IMG/VR virus record: IMGVR_UViG_3300023174_000151
Coordinates: 8,114 to 72,113 of that record
From: a virus
Length of the DNA stretch: 64,000 bases
Reading direction: 5' to 3' (one strand)
Of this stretch, positions 37,549 to 47,771 are shown piece after piece (position 1 is the first letter of the stretch; the number at the start of each line of letters is the position of its first letter). Position numbers and translations under genes: made by a program. Under the pieces are notes generated by a model. The model did no database searches. It saw only the letters and a program-made list of their open reading frames with translations, and was not told where the DNA came from.

Positions 37549-38135
37549 TGGGAATACAGAATATACATAGTCACACCGAAGATCGGGAATTCATTACCAA
37601 CCAAGATCTTGTTACCGCAGCACATGGTTTACTTGGAGGTATTGACCTTGATCCAGCAAGTTCTGAGTTTGCAAACACTCATGTATGTGCAGATGAAATC
37701 TACACACCATCCGATGATGGTTTAAATTGCCAACCTTGGTACGGCAAGGTGTATCTCTTCCCTCCAGCAGGAGCCTATTTTTGGGACAAGAAACGTCAAC
37801 GTTGGAAAATGACTAGAGCATCTTCTCCATCGTTAATGTCATCTCATGCTGTTTGGTTCAATCGTCTTTATAAGGAGTGGTTGGCAGGAGAAGTTACAGA
37901 AGGTTTGTTCTTTACTAACGTTCCAGACATGATTAGGTATGATCCAAGGATCTTTAAGTTCCCTTTGTGTATCTTGAAGACACCGCCAACACTTCTAAAA
38001 AGAACCAGTGAGGGTCTCACTAAACACAAGACGTGTACTTCGTTGATCGTTTACATGCCGCCAAAGAATGACACAGCAGACTTTATAGAAAAATTCATTA
38101 GTATTTATGAAGAGAAGGGGCACATCCTGAGTTGA
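37548..38135 (+). CDS. DNA N6-adenine methyltransferase-like protein
   Basis: IDLDPASS and DDGL..PWYGKVYLFPPA (motif IV variant of NPPY). Confidence 0.6.
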   Translation: MGIQNIHSHTEDREFITNQDLVTAAHGLLGGIDLDPASSEFANTHVCADEIYTPSDDGLNCQPWYGKVYLFPPAGAYFWDKKRQRWKMTRASSPSLMSSHAVWFNRLYKEWLAGEVTEGLFFTNVPDMIRYDPRIFKFPLCILKTPPTLLKRTSEGLTKHKTCTSLIVYMPPKNDTADFIEKFISIYEEKGHILS

Positions 38136-38168
38136 TCCTGTAAGCTAGTCCAGGACCTACCAACGAGT

Positions 38169-38756
38169 ATGAGCATTTTAGCTGACTGGGAAATCAAAAA
38201 ACTTGCGGAAGAAGAGCAGATGATCGAACCTTTTGCTGACCATCTTGTCAGCAAAGAACATAAACGCAAAATTCTCAGCTACGGCCTTGGTTCCTATGGT
38301 TATGATATTCGGTTATCACCTGAACAGTGTTTAATTTTTGGTAATGTTCAATCAGGTGATTGTGATCCAAAAAACTTTGATCCTGAAATTCTTAGACCCA
38401 CTGAACTACTTAAAGATAAGCGCGGTGACTATTTCTTATTGCCACCTTATGGTTATTGCTTGGGTGTAGCTATGGAACGATTAAAGCTACCACGTGATAT
38501 TACCGTTGTAGCTGTCGGTAAGTCAACATATGCACGTTCAGGGATAATGGTAAATATAACTCCTGCAGAAGCGATGTGGGAAGGCTATTTAACATTGGAG
38601 ATTAATAATTGCACTCCTTTATTTAATCGTATTTATGCTAATGAAGGTATTACGCAATTACTTTTTTATCGTGGTAATCCTTGTGAAGTAAGTTATCAAG
38701 ATAGGAAAGGTAAGTACCAAGATCAACCGCCAGAGGTTGTGTTTTCTCATGTTTAA
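38169..38756 (+). CDS. dcd: dCTP deaminase
   Basis: SYGLGSYGYDIRL, GKSTYARSG, WEGYLTLE, ANEGITQ and YQDRKGKYQDQ. Confidence 0.92.
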   Translation: MSILADWEIKKLAEEEQMIEPFADHLVSKEHKRKILSYGLGSYGYDIRLSPEQCLIFGNVQSGDCDPKNFDPEILRPTELLKDKRGDYFLLPPYGYCLGVAMERLKLPRDITVVAVGKSTYARSGIMVNITPAEAMWEGYLTLEINNCTPLFNRIYANEGITQLLFYRGNPCEVSYQDRKGKYQDQPPEVVFSHV

Positions 38757-39187
38757 TAACTATAAGATCTACCTGAGAAGGACTTAGGTTTGTCAGCATA
38801 GTTACTGCCACCACCACCATAACTATCTCCCATACTCGGCAGCTCAACTCCTTCAATCGAAGCAGCACCTCTAGGAGTTCTTCCACGAATTGCTGGTTCT
38901 GCAATGGCAGTACGTTTTTTGTATTCACCAGCAGTCTTTGCTGCTTGCATGAATTTTGAAAGACGTGCTTGTGCGTCTTGCTGCGAGTTATCAATTGGTT
39001 TATAACCTGTTCTTCCTGGGGTATATGCAAAGTCTCGCGCAATGTCTGAAAATATATCTCGCTCTTCTGGATCTAAACGACGTAGATCAACATCCCTAGC
39101 TTGTTCTGGTCGTAAGTCGGTTACTTCAACACCTGAGGATCCAGGGTCCTTTAGTGGATCGTAAGTGGGATCATAAAAACTTGCCAT
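38753..39187 (-). CDS. hypothetical protein
   Basis: MASFYDP start within track ORF 38753-39223. Confidence 0.55.
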   Translation of the reverse strand: MASFYDPTYDPLKDPGSSGVEVTDLRPEQARDVDLRRLDPEERDIFSDIARDFAYTPGRTGYKPIDNSQQDAQARLSKFMQAAKTAGEYKKRTAIAEPAIRGRTPRGAASIEGVELPSMGDSYGGGGSNYADKPKSFSGRSYSY

Positions 39188-39228
39188 AGTAATATTGTAA
39201 GAGGAGATAATCAAGCTTTTCAAATATT

Positions 39229-39573
39229 ATGCATAACAATGCAGCTGGTTTTTTAGACGGATTTATGGATGAGGTGATGTGTCGTTGTATTGGCGAAGAT
39301 GACTTTGGTCAACCACTAGCCAATCAGAATAACGATGTTCCCTTACAAGACATGTATAATCGTGGCTTGGTAGCACCAATGCGAGGTCTTGAACGTAATC
39401 CTTTACACATTGAAGGAATGAAGCGGCCTGGTGTATCGGGACTCATTCCTTCCATGGAAGAAGGTGTAGCACTGGGTGCATCACCTAAGCCACATACCTT
39501 GGTACTAGAGTTACCTGAGGCTGATGATGAAATGAAAATACAATCTGCTAAACGTCGTGGCTTAATGCGTTAA
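39229..39573 (+). CDS. hypothetical protein
   Basis: 114-aa ORF. Confidence 0.55.
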   Translation: MHNNAAGFLDGFMDEVMCRCIGEDDFGQPLANQNNDVPLQDMYNRGLVAPMRGLERNPLHIEGMKRPGVSGLIPSMEEGVALGASPKPHTLVLELPEADDEMKIQSAKRRGLMR

Positions 39574-39600
39574 GCTGGCATTTGAATTACCCTCTGGTTT

Positions 39601-39828
39601 GTGAATTCAGATCTTGTTGACCATCCTCCGCACTACACGGCGAGTGATAGGGTTGAGTGCATCGAAGCACATGAGGCACAACTAAGTACAGACGAATTTC
39701 GTGGCTACTTACGTGGCTGCTGTATCAAATATCTTTGGCGCTGTATGCTCAAAGGTAAACCTTTAGAAGATCTTAAGAAATGTCAGTGGTACCTTAGTAG
39801 GTTGATTGACACCTTTCAGAACGGCTGA
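39601..39828 (+). CDS. DUF3310-like phage protein
   Basis: VDHPPHY...ECIEA...IKYLWR...EDLKKCQWYL. Confidence 0.8.
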   Translation: MNSDLVDHPPHYTASDRVECIEAHEAQLSTDEFRGYLRGCCIKYLWRCMLKGKPLEDLKKCQWYLSRLIDTFQNG

Positions 39829-40124
39829 AGCAAGTAATCGTCTTCATCATCGTCGTCATCGTCATCAGATATACAAGCTGCCGCGAGCTCCGCCAGGTCA
39901 ACATCAGTTGGTTGGCCCCAGGTGATCTCGATATTTTCGCCTGCCATAATATCTTTGACTGCTGTCCACTCCATCATCCGAGTGTAGTAAAGGTTTAAAA
40001 GAGCAGCCTGAAGCTCATCCCAAGTCATTTCTGCGCTTTGGAGTTCAGCTTTCTTCATTGCAAACTGAAGCTCCAAAGGGAGGTCAAACTCCCGATGCTC
40101 ACACGGTTCGACTGAGTGCTCCAT
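39816..40124 (-). CDS. hypothetical protein with acidic tail
   Basis: 102 aa; poly-Asp C-terminus. Confidence 0.6.
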   Translation of the reverse strand: MEHSVEPCEHREFDLPLELQFAMKKAELQSAEMTWDELQAALLNLYYTRMMEWTAVKDIMAGENIEITWGQPTDVDLAELAAACISDDDDDDDEDDYLLQPF

Positions 40125-40153
40125 TTTCTCTGCGTGTCTTATGTAATTCTATT

Positions 40154-40819
40154 CTAAGGGTAAGAGTCAAACACACTGCTTAAGACACTGTCCGTAGCAC
40201 CAAGCCATGGGTCATCTGATACTCTAAATCTGTTTGCAAACTCCGATAAAACGTACGGATTAAGTTGTTCTTCCAGATGACGGATGGCTTCTACTTGATG
40301 TGGTGCAGCACTGTAGACTCTAAATGCTGTTAACAAGATGTCTGGAGACGAACGGAAGGGTGTGTTGAGCTGTAGTAGGAATAGATCAACTTCTTCTCTC
40401 CTGCGGTCCAGGAGACCACCAATGACCTTGTAGTCGGCATCGAAGATCCAGTGACCAATGTCCTCAATGGCACCATGAAAATCATCAGCCTCTAAGCAGT
40501 CAATAATTCCGCTGTACAGAAAAGAATCCCAGCCAACCGAATGAATAAAGGAGACTAACGCTTGGCGCATACAACCGTCTAGATTCAGGCTTAACTTGTC
40601 TAGACGTCCTTCAATAATCCCAAGTTCGTGAAATAAATATTCTAATGCTTTTTCTTGACTGCAATACTGACCTTTTTTGACGGGAGCACCGTCTGGATAA
40701 AATTGAGTTCCATATCCGATAGTGTATGGTTCTTTGCCAGTGTGTTGATCGGGATAGGCTTTTTCACTAAAGCCTTCATATTTACGGATCAAATTAACAG
40801 CGCAAGATAGATCCGACAT
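40154..40819 (-). CDS. GH24 (T4-type) lysozyme
   Basis: IRKYEGF..KAYPD...TIGYG and GLLDRRREE. Confidence 0.85.
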   Translation of the reverse strand: MSDLSCAVNLIRKYEGFSEKAYPDQHTGKEPYTIGYGTQFYPDGAPVKKGQYCSQEKALEYLFHELGIIEGRLDKLSLNLDGCMRQALVSFIHSVGWDSFLYSGIIDCLEADDFHGAIEDIGHWIFDADYKVIGGLLDRRREEVDLFLLQLNTPFRSSPDILLTAFRVYSAAPHQVEAIRHLEEQLNPYVLSEFANRFRVSDDPWLGATDSVLSSVFDSYP

Positions 40820-40892
40820 AAAAACAATAATTATTACTTCTAATATACACAGAAATTTTTTATTTTGACTTTATGTTTTTGTTTTATGCTAG

Positions 40893-41192
40893 CTACCATT
40901 TAACCTTGTGACTCCAATATCTAGCACTCATCTTGTCAGGATTAGGATCTTGAGCATTATGTCTAGCGTAATAAGATTTCTTTCGTGCTTTATCCTTTTC
41001 TGTTGTTGGGTTTTTACCAGCGCCTTCTACGCCTTGTTGACCAAAGCGGATAATACGTTCTTCTCCTTTATCACAAGCTTTAACTACATGACTTTTGGTT
41101 GGATGACCAGGAGTCTTACGGGGCTTATTACAAGCCATTTTATCTTTCGCTAGCTTGGCTGCACTTGCCGCTTTTTGGTGTTTTTCAGTCAT
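40893..41192 (-). CDS. small basic conserved phage protein
   Basis: KIIRFGQQG-type motif (ERIIRFGQQG), SYYARH and SARYWS. Confidence 0.7.
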   Translation of the reverse strand: MTEKHQKAASAAKLAKDKMACNKPRKTPGHPTKSHVVKACDKGEERIIRFGQQGVEGAGKNPTTEKDKARKKSYYARHNAQDPNPDKMSARYWSHKVKW

Positions 41193-41197
41193 GTTAG

Positions 41198-43732
41198 TTA
41201 TTTAAAGTTCTTGGTAAATTCTCCTAGGATATCTGATCCTGATTTGGATTTGTAATCATCATCTTCATCCTCATCATCATCTAATCCTAATCGAAAAAAT
41301 TGTGCAGGCGTTTTTACTTTACTATCGGTTTTTTTCTTATCGTCTTCTTGTTCTTCTGGGAACATACCTTGAATTGTATCAAAGTTTTCAAAAGGATCAT
41401 CACTTAGCGTTAGTCCGGTTGTTTCAAACTTTGATCCTGTTAAAGCTTTAGTTAAATATTCTTGTTCAGAACGATCACTGTCAGGGAAAAACTTTTCGTA
41501 AAATTCATCTTCTGTTCCTTTGTATCCAGCTTTTTGAAATGTGGTATACAGTGCAGTATCTGATTTGGGTACACCTGTCTTGTAATCTTCTGGACGTTCA
41601 ATGTAAGTTATACCAAGTTCTTCTTGTGTTGGACGTTTACGTTTTTCGTTTAAGTACTTAATGTTTTCTCGTATTGTTTGAGCAGAGCCTGTGCGTAATG
41701 CTTCTTTAATTTCTTCTTTAAGTTCCTCTACTGTTCCTTTAAAGTCTTCTAGTCCATTTGCTTTAAGTACTTTGTCCCAAGCTTCTTTATTTGATGGGTC
41801 TATACCTTCAAGCATGTTATCTGCAAATTCTTCTGGTGTAGTAAAAATACCAAAAACAGATCCTAAATCTTTAGCTTCTTTACTTAAGGCGGGAAGAATA
41901 TTTTTATAGATTTCATCTTGGATTTTACTGGCGTTAACAATATCGTCAGCACCATCATACCCTTGACCTTGTCCTTTTACTTGGAAGTGTATACGTGCAA
42001 AGGCATCTTTATCGTTAACGTCAATACCAAAACGATAAGCTTGTTGAGCCCAGTACTCATCTCCTTTTTTGGCAGCTTCCCAGTCTTGTGTTACTGTGTC
42101 CATTTGTTTTTTATAGTCTTCTTCTCTGGCTTTATCTCCAGTGGGATTGAAATAAAATTCAGAATTAAAATCACGTGCTGCTGTGTTTTGAATTTTATCT
42201 AAATAGTCTTTTATTCTTCTGTCCGCAACAACTTTTACAGCATTAACAATATCCTGTGTTTGGAAGGGGTTTTGTTCTTCTTGTCTAACATCAATGTATT
42301 CACTAAATTCATCCATTGAACGAGACGTATTAAATCTTGGAGTCAAATAACCATCAACAAATTTTTTAGCAAAGGCACCATCAATTTTTAATTGTTCCTC
42401 ACTATCTTCTGTTTTATAACCTAATTCAATATCTTTTTGATAACGTTCTTTAAGTGTTGTATCAAACCATTTCTGCCAGTTATATACTACGTTGTTTCGT
42501 ACACCTGTAATGTTCTCTAGTTTTTTTTCTAAGTCTTCTTCTGTTTCTTTTGTATTACCTGTTTGAGATAGGATTCCACCAACACCACTATCTCCTAGTA
42601 TTGAGTCACTTAATTGTTTGTTTATATCCATAATTTCACTAAAGCCGCCAAGCCCTTTAAATAAACTAAGCGTTTGCTCCTGTCCTTTAGCTTTCTTCAT
42701 TTCAGCAATTGTTTGCTTTAAAACGTCTTGAGCTAAAGCACCAAACTTTTTTGTTTCTGTTAATGCTGTTGCACCAACGGCTTGGTTAAATGCGTCTTCT
42801 AATTCAGTGATTCCACTTTTGGTGCCTACTACACCCTTAAGTATCTCTTTATCTTCTGGTCGTTCTGAAAGACGGAATAACGTTAGAAACTCATCTTGTT
42901 TATCAATGGAAAGATATTTTTCTTTGGCTTGTTTTGCCCAATAGGGATCACCTTTTTTTGCTTTATCCCATGCAGCTGCTATTGCACTCCCCTCTCCCAT
43001 TAAACGAGAAGCTTGTGTACCTGTATTTAACCCTAACTGCTGATCACGAATAGCTTGAATCTCAGCGTCTGTTTTTTTAGCTTCAGTATATTTTTTAGTT
43101 TCTTCTGCTATTTCCGCTGCATTAGCACGGCGTTTTGCAGCTTTACCGTAGTTGGTGTAATGATTAGCATAGAATCCATTTTCTCCGTAACGTTCAACAA
43201 CATCTACGTCATCGTTTTTTACATAACTATCCCATGTATTTTTTACGTCTGGATACTTTTCTTTGTAATACTTTGGATCGAAATCACCATAGGGGGGTTT
43301 TGATGAGAGTGCTGGATCCCATTTATCAAGTTTTTCATTTACATAAAATTGTCTGTAACTTGTTTTTAATTCTTCAAGTGTTTTTTTGTCAATGTCTAAT
43401 TTTTCAATTCCTTCTCTTTGGGAAAGATAGCCTCCTTTTTGTGCTGTACTAGCAGTAGCAATAACTTTGTCATAGGCAGTATTTTTCTTAGTGTTTAATG
43501 TATTTAATTCGTTGTCATCAACTTCAACTAGTTCATCTATCACTTTTGTTGTTGGAGGTGGATAATGTCCTTGTCCTTGTTTATAGTATTTACCATCAGC
43601 ACCAAATCCAGCGTTAGTTGTCCAAGGGCTGGCAGATGTTACTTCTTTTTGATTAGGTACTAATTTTTTATTATCTGTTTTTTCTGGTACTTTAATCCAT
43701 TTTTTCTCTAATGCATTATAGGTAAGGGCCAT
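41198..43732 (-). CDS. large hypothetical, probably virion, protein
   Basis: 844 aa; charged and helical; internal repeat AKKGD.YWA.QA; FDPKYY..KYPDV motif. Confidence 0.7.
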   Translation of the reverse strand: MALTYNALEKKWIKVPEKTDNKKLVPNQKEVTSASPWTTNAGFGADGKYYKQGQGHYPPPTTKVIDELVEVDDNELNTLNTKKNTAYDKVIATASTAQKGGYLSQREGIEKLDIDKKTLEELKTSYRQFYVNEKLDKWDPALSSKPPYGDFDPKYYKEKYPDVKNTWDSYVKNDDVDVVERYGENGFYANHYTNYGKAAKRRANAAEIAEETKKYTEAKKTDAEIQAIRDQQLGLNTGTQASRLMGEGSAIAAAWDKAKKGDPYWAKQAKEKYLSIDKQDEFLTLFRLSERPEDKEILKGVVGTKSGITELEDAFNQAVGATALTETKKFGALAQDVLKQTIAEMKKAKGQEQTLSLFKGLGGFSEIMDINKQLSDSILGDSGVGGILSQTGNTKETEEDLEKKLENITGVRNNVVYNWQKWFDTTLKERYQKDIELGYKTEDSEEQLKIDGAFAKKFVDGYLTPRFNTSRSMDEFSEYIDVRQEEQNPFQTQDIVNAVKVVADRRIKDYLDKIQNTAARDFNSEFYFNPTGDKAREEDYKKQMDTVTQDWEAAKKGDEYWAQQAYRFGIDVNDKDAFARIHFQVKGQGQGYDGADDIVNASKIQDEIYKNILPALSKEAKDLGSVFGIFTTPEEFADNMLEGIDPSNKEAWDKVLKANGLEDFKGTVEELKEEIKEALRTGSAQTIRENIKYLNEKRKRPTQEELGITYIERPEDYKTGVPKSDTALYTTFQKAGYKGTEDEFYEKFFPDSDRSEQEYLTKALTGSKFETTGLTLSDDPFENFDTIQGMFPEEQEDDKKKTDSKVKTPAQFFRLGLDDDEDEDDDYKSKSGSDILGEFTKNFK

Positions 43733-43747
43733 TGTAATAAACTTTTG

Positions 43748-44125
43748 TTAACCTGCAACTAGCTCAGGTATAAGACTAGTAATATTATAAGCAAAAATAT
43801 CAATACTTCCTTGGTCCATCCAAGATTTAATACGTGTTAATTTTTGTTCACAAAAATATGTTTGCTGAATATACCATTCTTCCATCTTATCGCTGCCCTT
43901 GTGATTATTGCAACGTTGGCACGCAGGAAGCAGGTTATTACGGTTGTTAGAACCAGAACGAAACCTTGGTATTATGTGATCTAAAGACGTAGCTTCCCTG
44001 CCACAATAACCACATTTGTAGTCCCAGGATTCGTAGATAGATTGTCGATAACGTCGCTTAGCTAATTTAGGAGTTAATTCAAGGAGAAGGGAAAGGGGAT
44101 CCTGCTCACAATTGAACATACTCAA
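43748..44125 (-). CDS. HNH endonuclease
   Basis: CGYCG...SLDHIIPR...NLLPACQRCNNHK. Confidence 0.88.
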   Translation of the reverse strand: MSMFNCEQDPLSLLLELTPKLAKRRYRQSIYESWDYKCGYCGREATSLDHIIPRFRSGSNNRNNLLPACQRCNNHKGSDKMEEWYIQQTYFCEQKLTRIKSWMDQGSIDIFAYNITSLIPELVAG

Positions 44126-44209
44126 TTTGCTGTTATCTTATTTTAATTTCTCTAAACGCGGGGGAAAGAGTATAGATACAGAAGCTTTCTTGAAGACAGC
44201 AACAAGTAT

Positions 44210-45769
44210 TCAAGGCGTATATGCTATACCGTCTTTGTCATACATAGTAAAGTTGGCAATAAGAATACGGTCTGTTGTAATGTTAAATAGTTTTTGTAAC
44301 ATTGGATATATCATTGGTGACTGGGAATTGTAAGGTGGCACGTCCATCATTGCCAGTGATCTTCTGGTTGCATAGTATGATCTTGCTGCTTGTTGTTCTT
44401 TTTCTGTTTTAGCAACTAGCTTTTGTTCCCAGTTGACCATACTTTCTGGTCCCACTGGAAAATCAGATGGTTCAGGGGGGAACACACGATCTTTAAATCT
44501 AAGTGCATAGATGTGTTTGCAATAACGTAACTCATCCAGAAGAGGTGTCCAGTTATCTGTAATAGATGTGATTACATCTTGTGGAATGGAGTTTGCGTCT
44601 GTACTTGTGATACTTACAGAGTAGTCTTTGTAGTCAGGTAAACCTTCTGCGGAGGAGCCTGGGAGAGCCACGTCAGGTGTGCTACGGGTGTACAGGAAAC
44701 CAAACTCACGATAGACTCCAGGGTTGTCTCTGGTGGCTCCTGCTTCGGTTATAGAGCTATCTGAGACTGTGTAATCAAGTCCGAAAGTATCTGGCGCATA
44801 TACCTCAATGTTTCTGTCTACAGATGCTGTAGTCATTGCACTGTTATCTAAGGTGCCATCACGTTTTGTTAATTCAAAACGACCTGGTTTAATCGATGAT
44901 ATATTGTTGCGCGGCATTGCTTGCTTGTTGTTGCTGGAAGTAAGGAAGGAGTAATCCCGATGTGTAAAGTCCTGGCAAGTACAACAGTATCGTGCTCCTG
45001 TTACAAGGTATCTACCTACTGTAAATCCTTGTGGGGATGGACTTATGTACACAGCATCCGGTGTTACGTACACAGAACCAGCCTTCTTGAACGTAAGTAT
45101 TCCCGTAAAAGGATCTATATTTGTAGCAACGGCCTGAACATAACCATAACGTTTTTGTGTTGCTGGATCAAACGTTTCTTTTGTAATGATGTTTCCACCA
45201 ACAGTAATAACACGATCTTCAAAAATCTCTGTTGTCGCTGGACGTAAACCATTAGGCTGTCCTGTGACAGGAATGTAGAAGGGCGCGGGAAGTGGGTTGC
45301 CTGAGCTCCAGGTTCCAGCGAGAGTTACATACCAATTCGTTGCGTCTTCTGTGACGCTACTGATATAAAGTCTGTTGGTACTAACGGGATCAATAAAATC
45401 ATCACATCGTAATGATCCAGCGTATCGCCATACCGCCCAGTGCATTCCAAGTTCTTTATTTGTAGTTGGAAAACCTACAAAAGCACCTGAGATTACAGGC
45501 GTTGGATTACCACTTGTTGTAGTAGCCGGTATCTCGTAGGAGAATTCATATCTGTAATCAGTGTTATGTGTAGATGCGGTCGCAAGTTCATAGCCTTTCC
45601 TCCAACGTGTCCAAGCAGATTCTCTATTTATTGTGTAAATAGAGTCTGGAATTGAACCACGGGAAAATTCCGTAGTTATTGGTTTCACACCCGCTGGTGG
45701 AATTATGGGTGCGGTTGATAAGCCACCAAAGGAACTTGAGCCAAAAGAGTTTCCACTCTTCTTTGCCAT
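44210..45769 (-). CDS. hypothetical virion-module protein with split SWIM-like motif
   Basis: 519 aa; YCCTCQDF ... YCKHIYAL. Confidence 0.65.
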   Translation of the reverse strand: MAKKSGNSFGSSSFGGLSTAPIIPPAGVKPITTEFSRGSIPDSIYTINRESAWTRWRKGYELATASTHNTDYRYEFSYEIPATTTSGNPTPVISGAFVGFPTTNKELGMHWAVWRYAGSLRCDDFIDPVSTNRLYISSVTEDATNWYVTLAGTWSSGNPLPAPFYIPVTGQPNGLRPATTEIFEDRVITVGGNIITKETFDPATQKRYGYVQAVATNIDPFTGILTFKKAGSVYVTPDAVYISPSPQGFTVGRYLVTGARYCCTCQDFTHRDYSFLTSSNNKQAMPRNNISSIKPGRFELTKRDGTLDNSAMTTASVDRNIEVYAPDTFGLDYTVSDSSITEAGATRDNPGVYREFGFLYTRSTPDVALPGSSAEGLPDYKDYSVSITSTDANSIPQDVITSITDNWTPLLDELRYCKHIYALRFKDRVFPPEPSDFPVGPESMVNWEQKLVAKTEKEQQAARSYYATRRSLAMMDVPPYNSQSPMIYPMLQKLFNITTDRILIANFTMYDKDGIAYTP

Positions 45770-45771
45770 GA

Positions 45772-46554
45772 CTAGAAGAAGCCGCCTTCCGCTATAACGT
45801 GAGCACCTGGAATATAACCACTTGAGTTTGGACCATCTGGGAATACACCTACGTAAATTCTGTCGCCACGTTCCAAATAAATTCCTTTGTTACGTAAAGG
45901 TGCGGTCGAACCTAAACCAGTGGTATTACCTGCTTGCACAACAGGTGTCGCAAGTTGAGGCATCACATCAGAACAATCAACTACACCACTATCAGCCGGA
46001 ACTGTCTTAGCAAACAACAATCTGTAATCACCAGAACCAGGGATTGGTATTGTTGTGCCACGGGTGTGATAAAACGCAAAGGTAACTGCAGGTTTGTATC
46101 CGTAGTTAACGCCGTTGTACAAGAAACCTGTAGTTGTACCGCCAGAGTACAAGAGGGAGGTATTAACACCTGTCAATGTTGATGTTCCTGTATAGGTGTA
46201 ATAACCAACGCCGCTAGCAGGAGCTGTACCTATACCTGTAACTGCTGTGATCTGAATTATCTGACCACTCACAAAGGAAACAACTTGACCAGAACTTGCA
46301 ATTCCCGTGTAAGTGTAGTCTGGAGCACGATAGAAATCATTACGCACAATCGTAATGGAATCAACAACACCACCATTGTTGGTGTCTTCGCTAAGAGCTG
46401 CGTCCATGTCCACCAAGATTGATGGCCCTTGTCCGCCTTGTACAAAGAGTGTGTTGGAGGATGCACTACCTACAGTCTGTGTAGTTACACGGACGGAATC
46501 AAATAATGGTCTATCAACCAACAAGGGTTGTTTATTTGTGGCTGTAGAAGACAA
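45772..46554 (-). CDS. putative structural protein
   Basis: 260 aa; beta-rich; in the structural gene run. Confidence 0.65.
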   Translation of the reverse strand: MSSTATNKQPLLVDRPLFDSVRVTTQTVGSASSNTLFVQGGQGPSILVDMDAALSEDTNNGGVVDSITIVRNDFYRAPDYTYTGIASSGQVVSFVSGQIIQITAVTGIGTAPASGVGYYTYTGTSTLTGVNTSLLYSGGTTTGFLYNGVNYGYKPAVTFAFYHTRGTTIPIPGSGDYRLLFAKTVPADSGVVDCSDVMPQLATPVVQAGNTTGLGSTAPLRNKGIYLERGDRIYVGVFPDGPNSSGYIPGAHVIAEGGFF

Positions 46555-46584
46555 TGTACTTACCGCTTTTTATTAATTATAGCG

Positions 46585-46881
46585 TTATGTTCCAAGGTTA
46601 GACAGGGCTTGGAACTCTTGAAATTTCTGAGGAAGACGCATTTTACTTGTAAATAAAGACTCTGGATTATTTTGTAAATTTAAAAACCGTTCAAAAGAAC
46701 TCCCTGGTTTTGCCAAGGAGTCTTGTATGCTACCTGTAGTAGGGATATCGGCAAACTTAAATTTCTTCTTTGTTAAATAATCAACAATAGATTGTGGATC
46801 TTCGCGGTATTCTGATAGGCCACTGTTATACACTTCCCCTGGGAGGTAGGAGCTATCTACGTAGTCAGAAAATCTAGCCAT
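46585..46881 (-). CDS. hypothetical protein
   Basis: 98 aa; TGATG coupling. Confidence 0.6.
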   Translation of the reverse strand: MARFSDYVDSSYLPGEVYNSGLSEYREDPQSIVDYLTKKKFKFADIPTTGSIQDSLAKPGSSFERFLNLQNNPESLFTSKMRLPQKFQEFQALSNLGT

Positions 46882-47552
46882 CAGTACAACGCAAAAGGAT
46901 TAGGTGGTATCGCTGGACTAGTTGTAGAAAGCACTCCAGGGAGTACGGATTGCATTACCATCTCTACTAATGTTTTCGCCTTATTATTCTTTTCTTCTAA
47001 CTCTGGCTTTACTGCGCCACCGATGACTGATGCCAAAATATCTTCTACGCTTTTATTTGTAGAAGTAGGTGGTGCAGCAAATGAAGATGTAGCTGTTTGT
47101 TGAGGCTTATCCAGAAAACTTAATTTATCATACAAAGTACGTGCGGCTTGCATGCGCTCATTTGTTTTTGGAACACCAGCACGCTCAAAATCAGTTAAGA
47201 AACGACGTGACGCTTCTTCTGGAGAAACAGCTTTACGTAAAGAAGCAGCAGCCGCTTTCTCGGGACCACTTAACTCATGTAATAAAAAGTCCGCTTGTAT
47301 GCCTGTATTACCTGGATCTGCTTTTCGTCCTTTAGCAAAATTAACAAGAGCAGTTTGACGGTCACCTGTCCATTGACCTAAACCGTAACCACCAACACCC
47401 CTGGGACCACCAACTGCTCCTCCTTCGTTTATACGAGGATTAAAGTCAGACTCAAGTTGAAAATTACCTAAGACGCCAGCAATCTGTGCGCGGGTGTAGC
47501 CCGCACCTTTCAAACGTTCAGCAACAAGAGTAGCGTTTGGATTTAAAGGCAT
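46881..47552 (-). CDS. phage tail lysozyme-like (Phage_lysozyme2) protein
   Basis: AQIAGVLGNFQLES, GLGQWTGDR, QADFLLHEL and FER; ATG at 47552. Confidence 0.8.
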   Translation of the reverse strand: MPLNPNATLVAERLKGAGYTRAQIAGVLGNFQLESDFNPRINEGGAVGGPRGVGGYGLGQWTGDRQTALVNFAKGRKADPGNTGIQADFLLHELSGPEKAAAASLRKAVSPEEASRRFLTDFERAGVPKTNERMQAARTLYDKLSFLDKPQQTATSSFAAPPTSTNKSVEDILASVIGGAVKPELEEKNNKAKTLVEMVMQSVLPGVLSTTSPAIPPNPFALY

Positions 47553-47556
47553 AACA

Positions 47557-47676
47557 TTAACTTTCTCTAACCCAATTTGATTCGGCCTTGAGACCTGGTG
47601 CAAATACGGCTTGAACAGACGTAATCAAACTAACGGTAGCTGCAAGGCGTCTAACAAAATTAGGACAAAGAGTCAT
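47557..47676 (-). CDS. small signal-peptide-like ORF (39 aa)
   Basis: Hand-translated MTLCPNFVRRLAATVSLITSVQAVFAPGLKAESNWVRES. Confidence 0.4.
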   Translation of the reverse strand: MTLCPNFVRRLAATVSLITSVQAVFAPGLKAESNWVRES

Positions 47677-47771
47677 CAGTTTAAAGCAACAACACTGGTC
47701 TCCGTGAATCAAAGATTCTTATCCAGTTGGGTTCTTGGACTTACATGTTGTGCAATGCCAATTATATAAAG

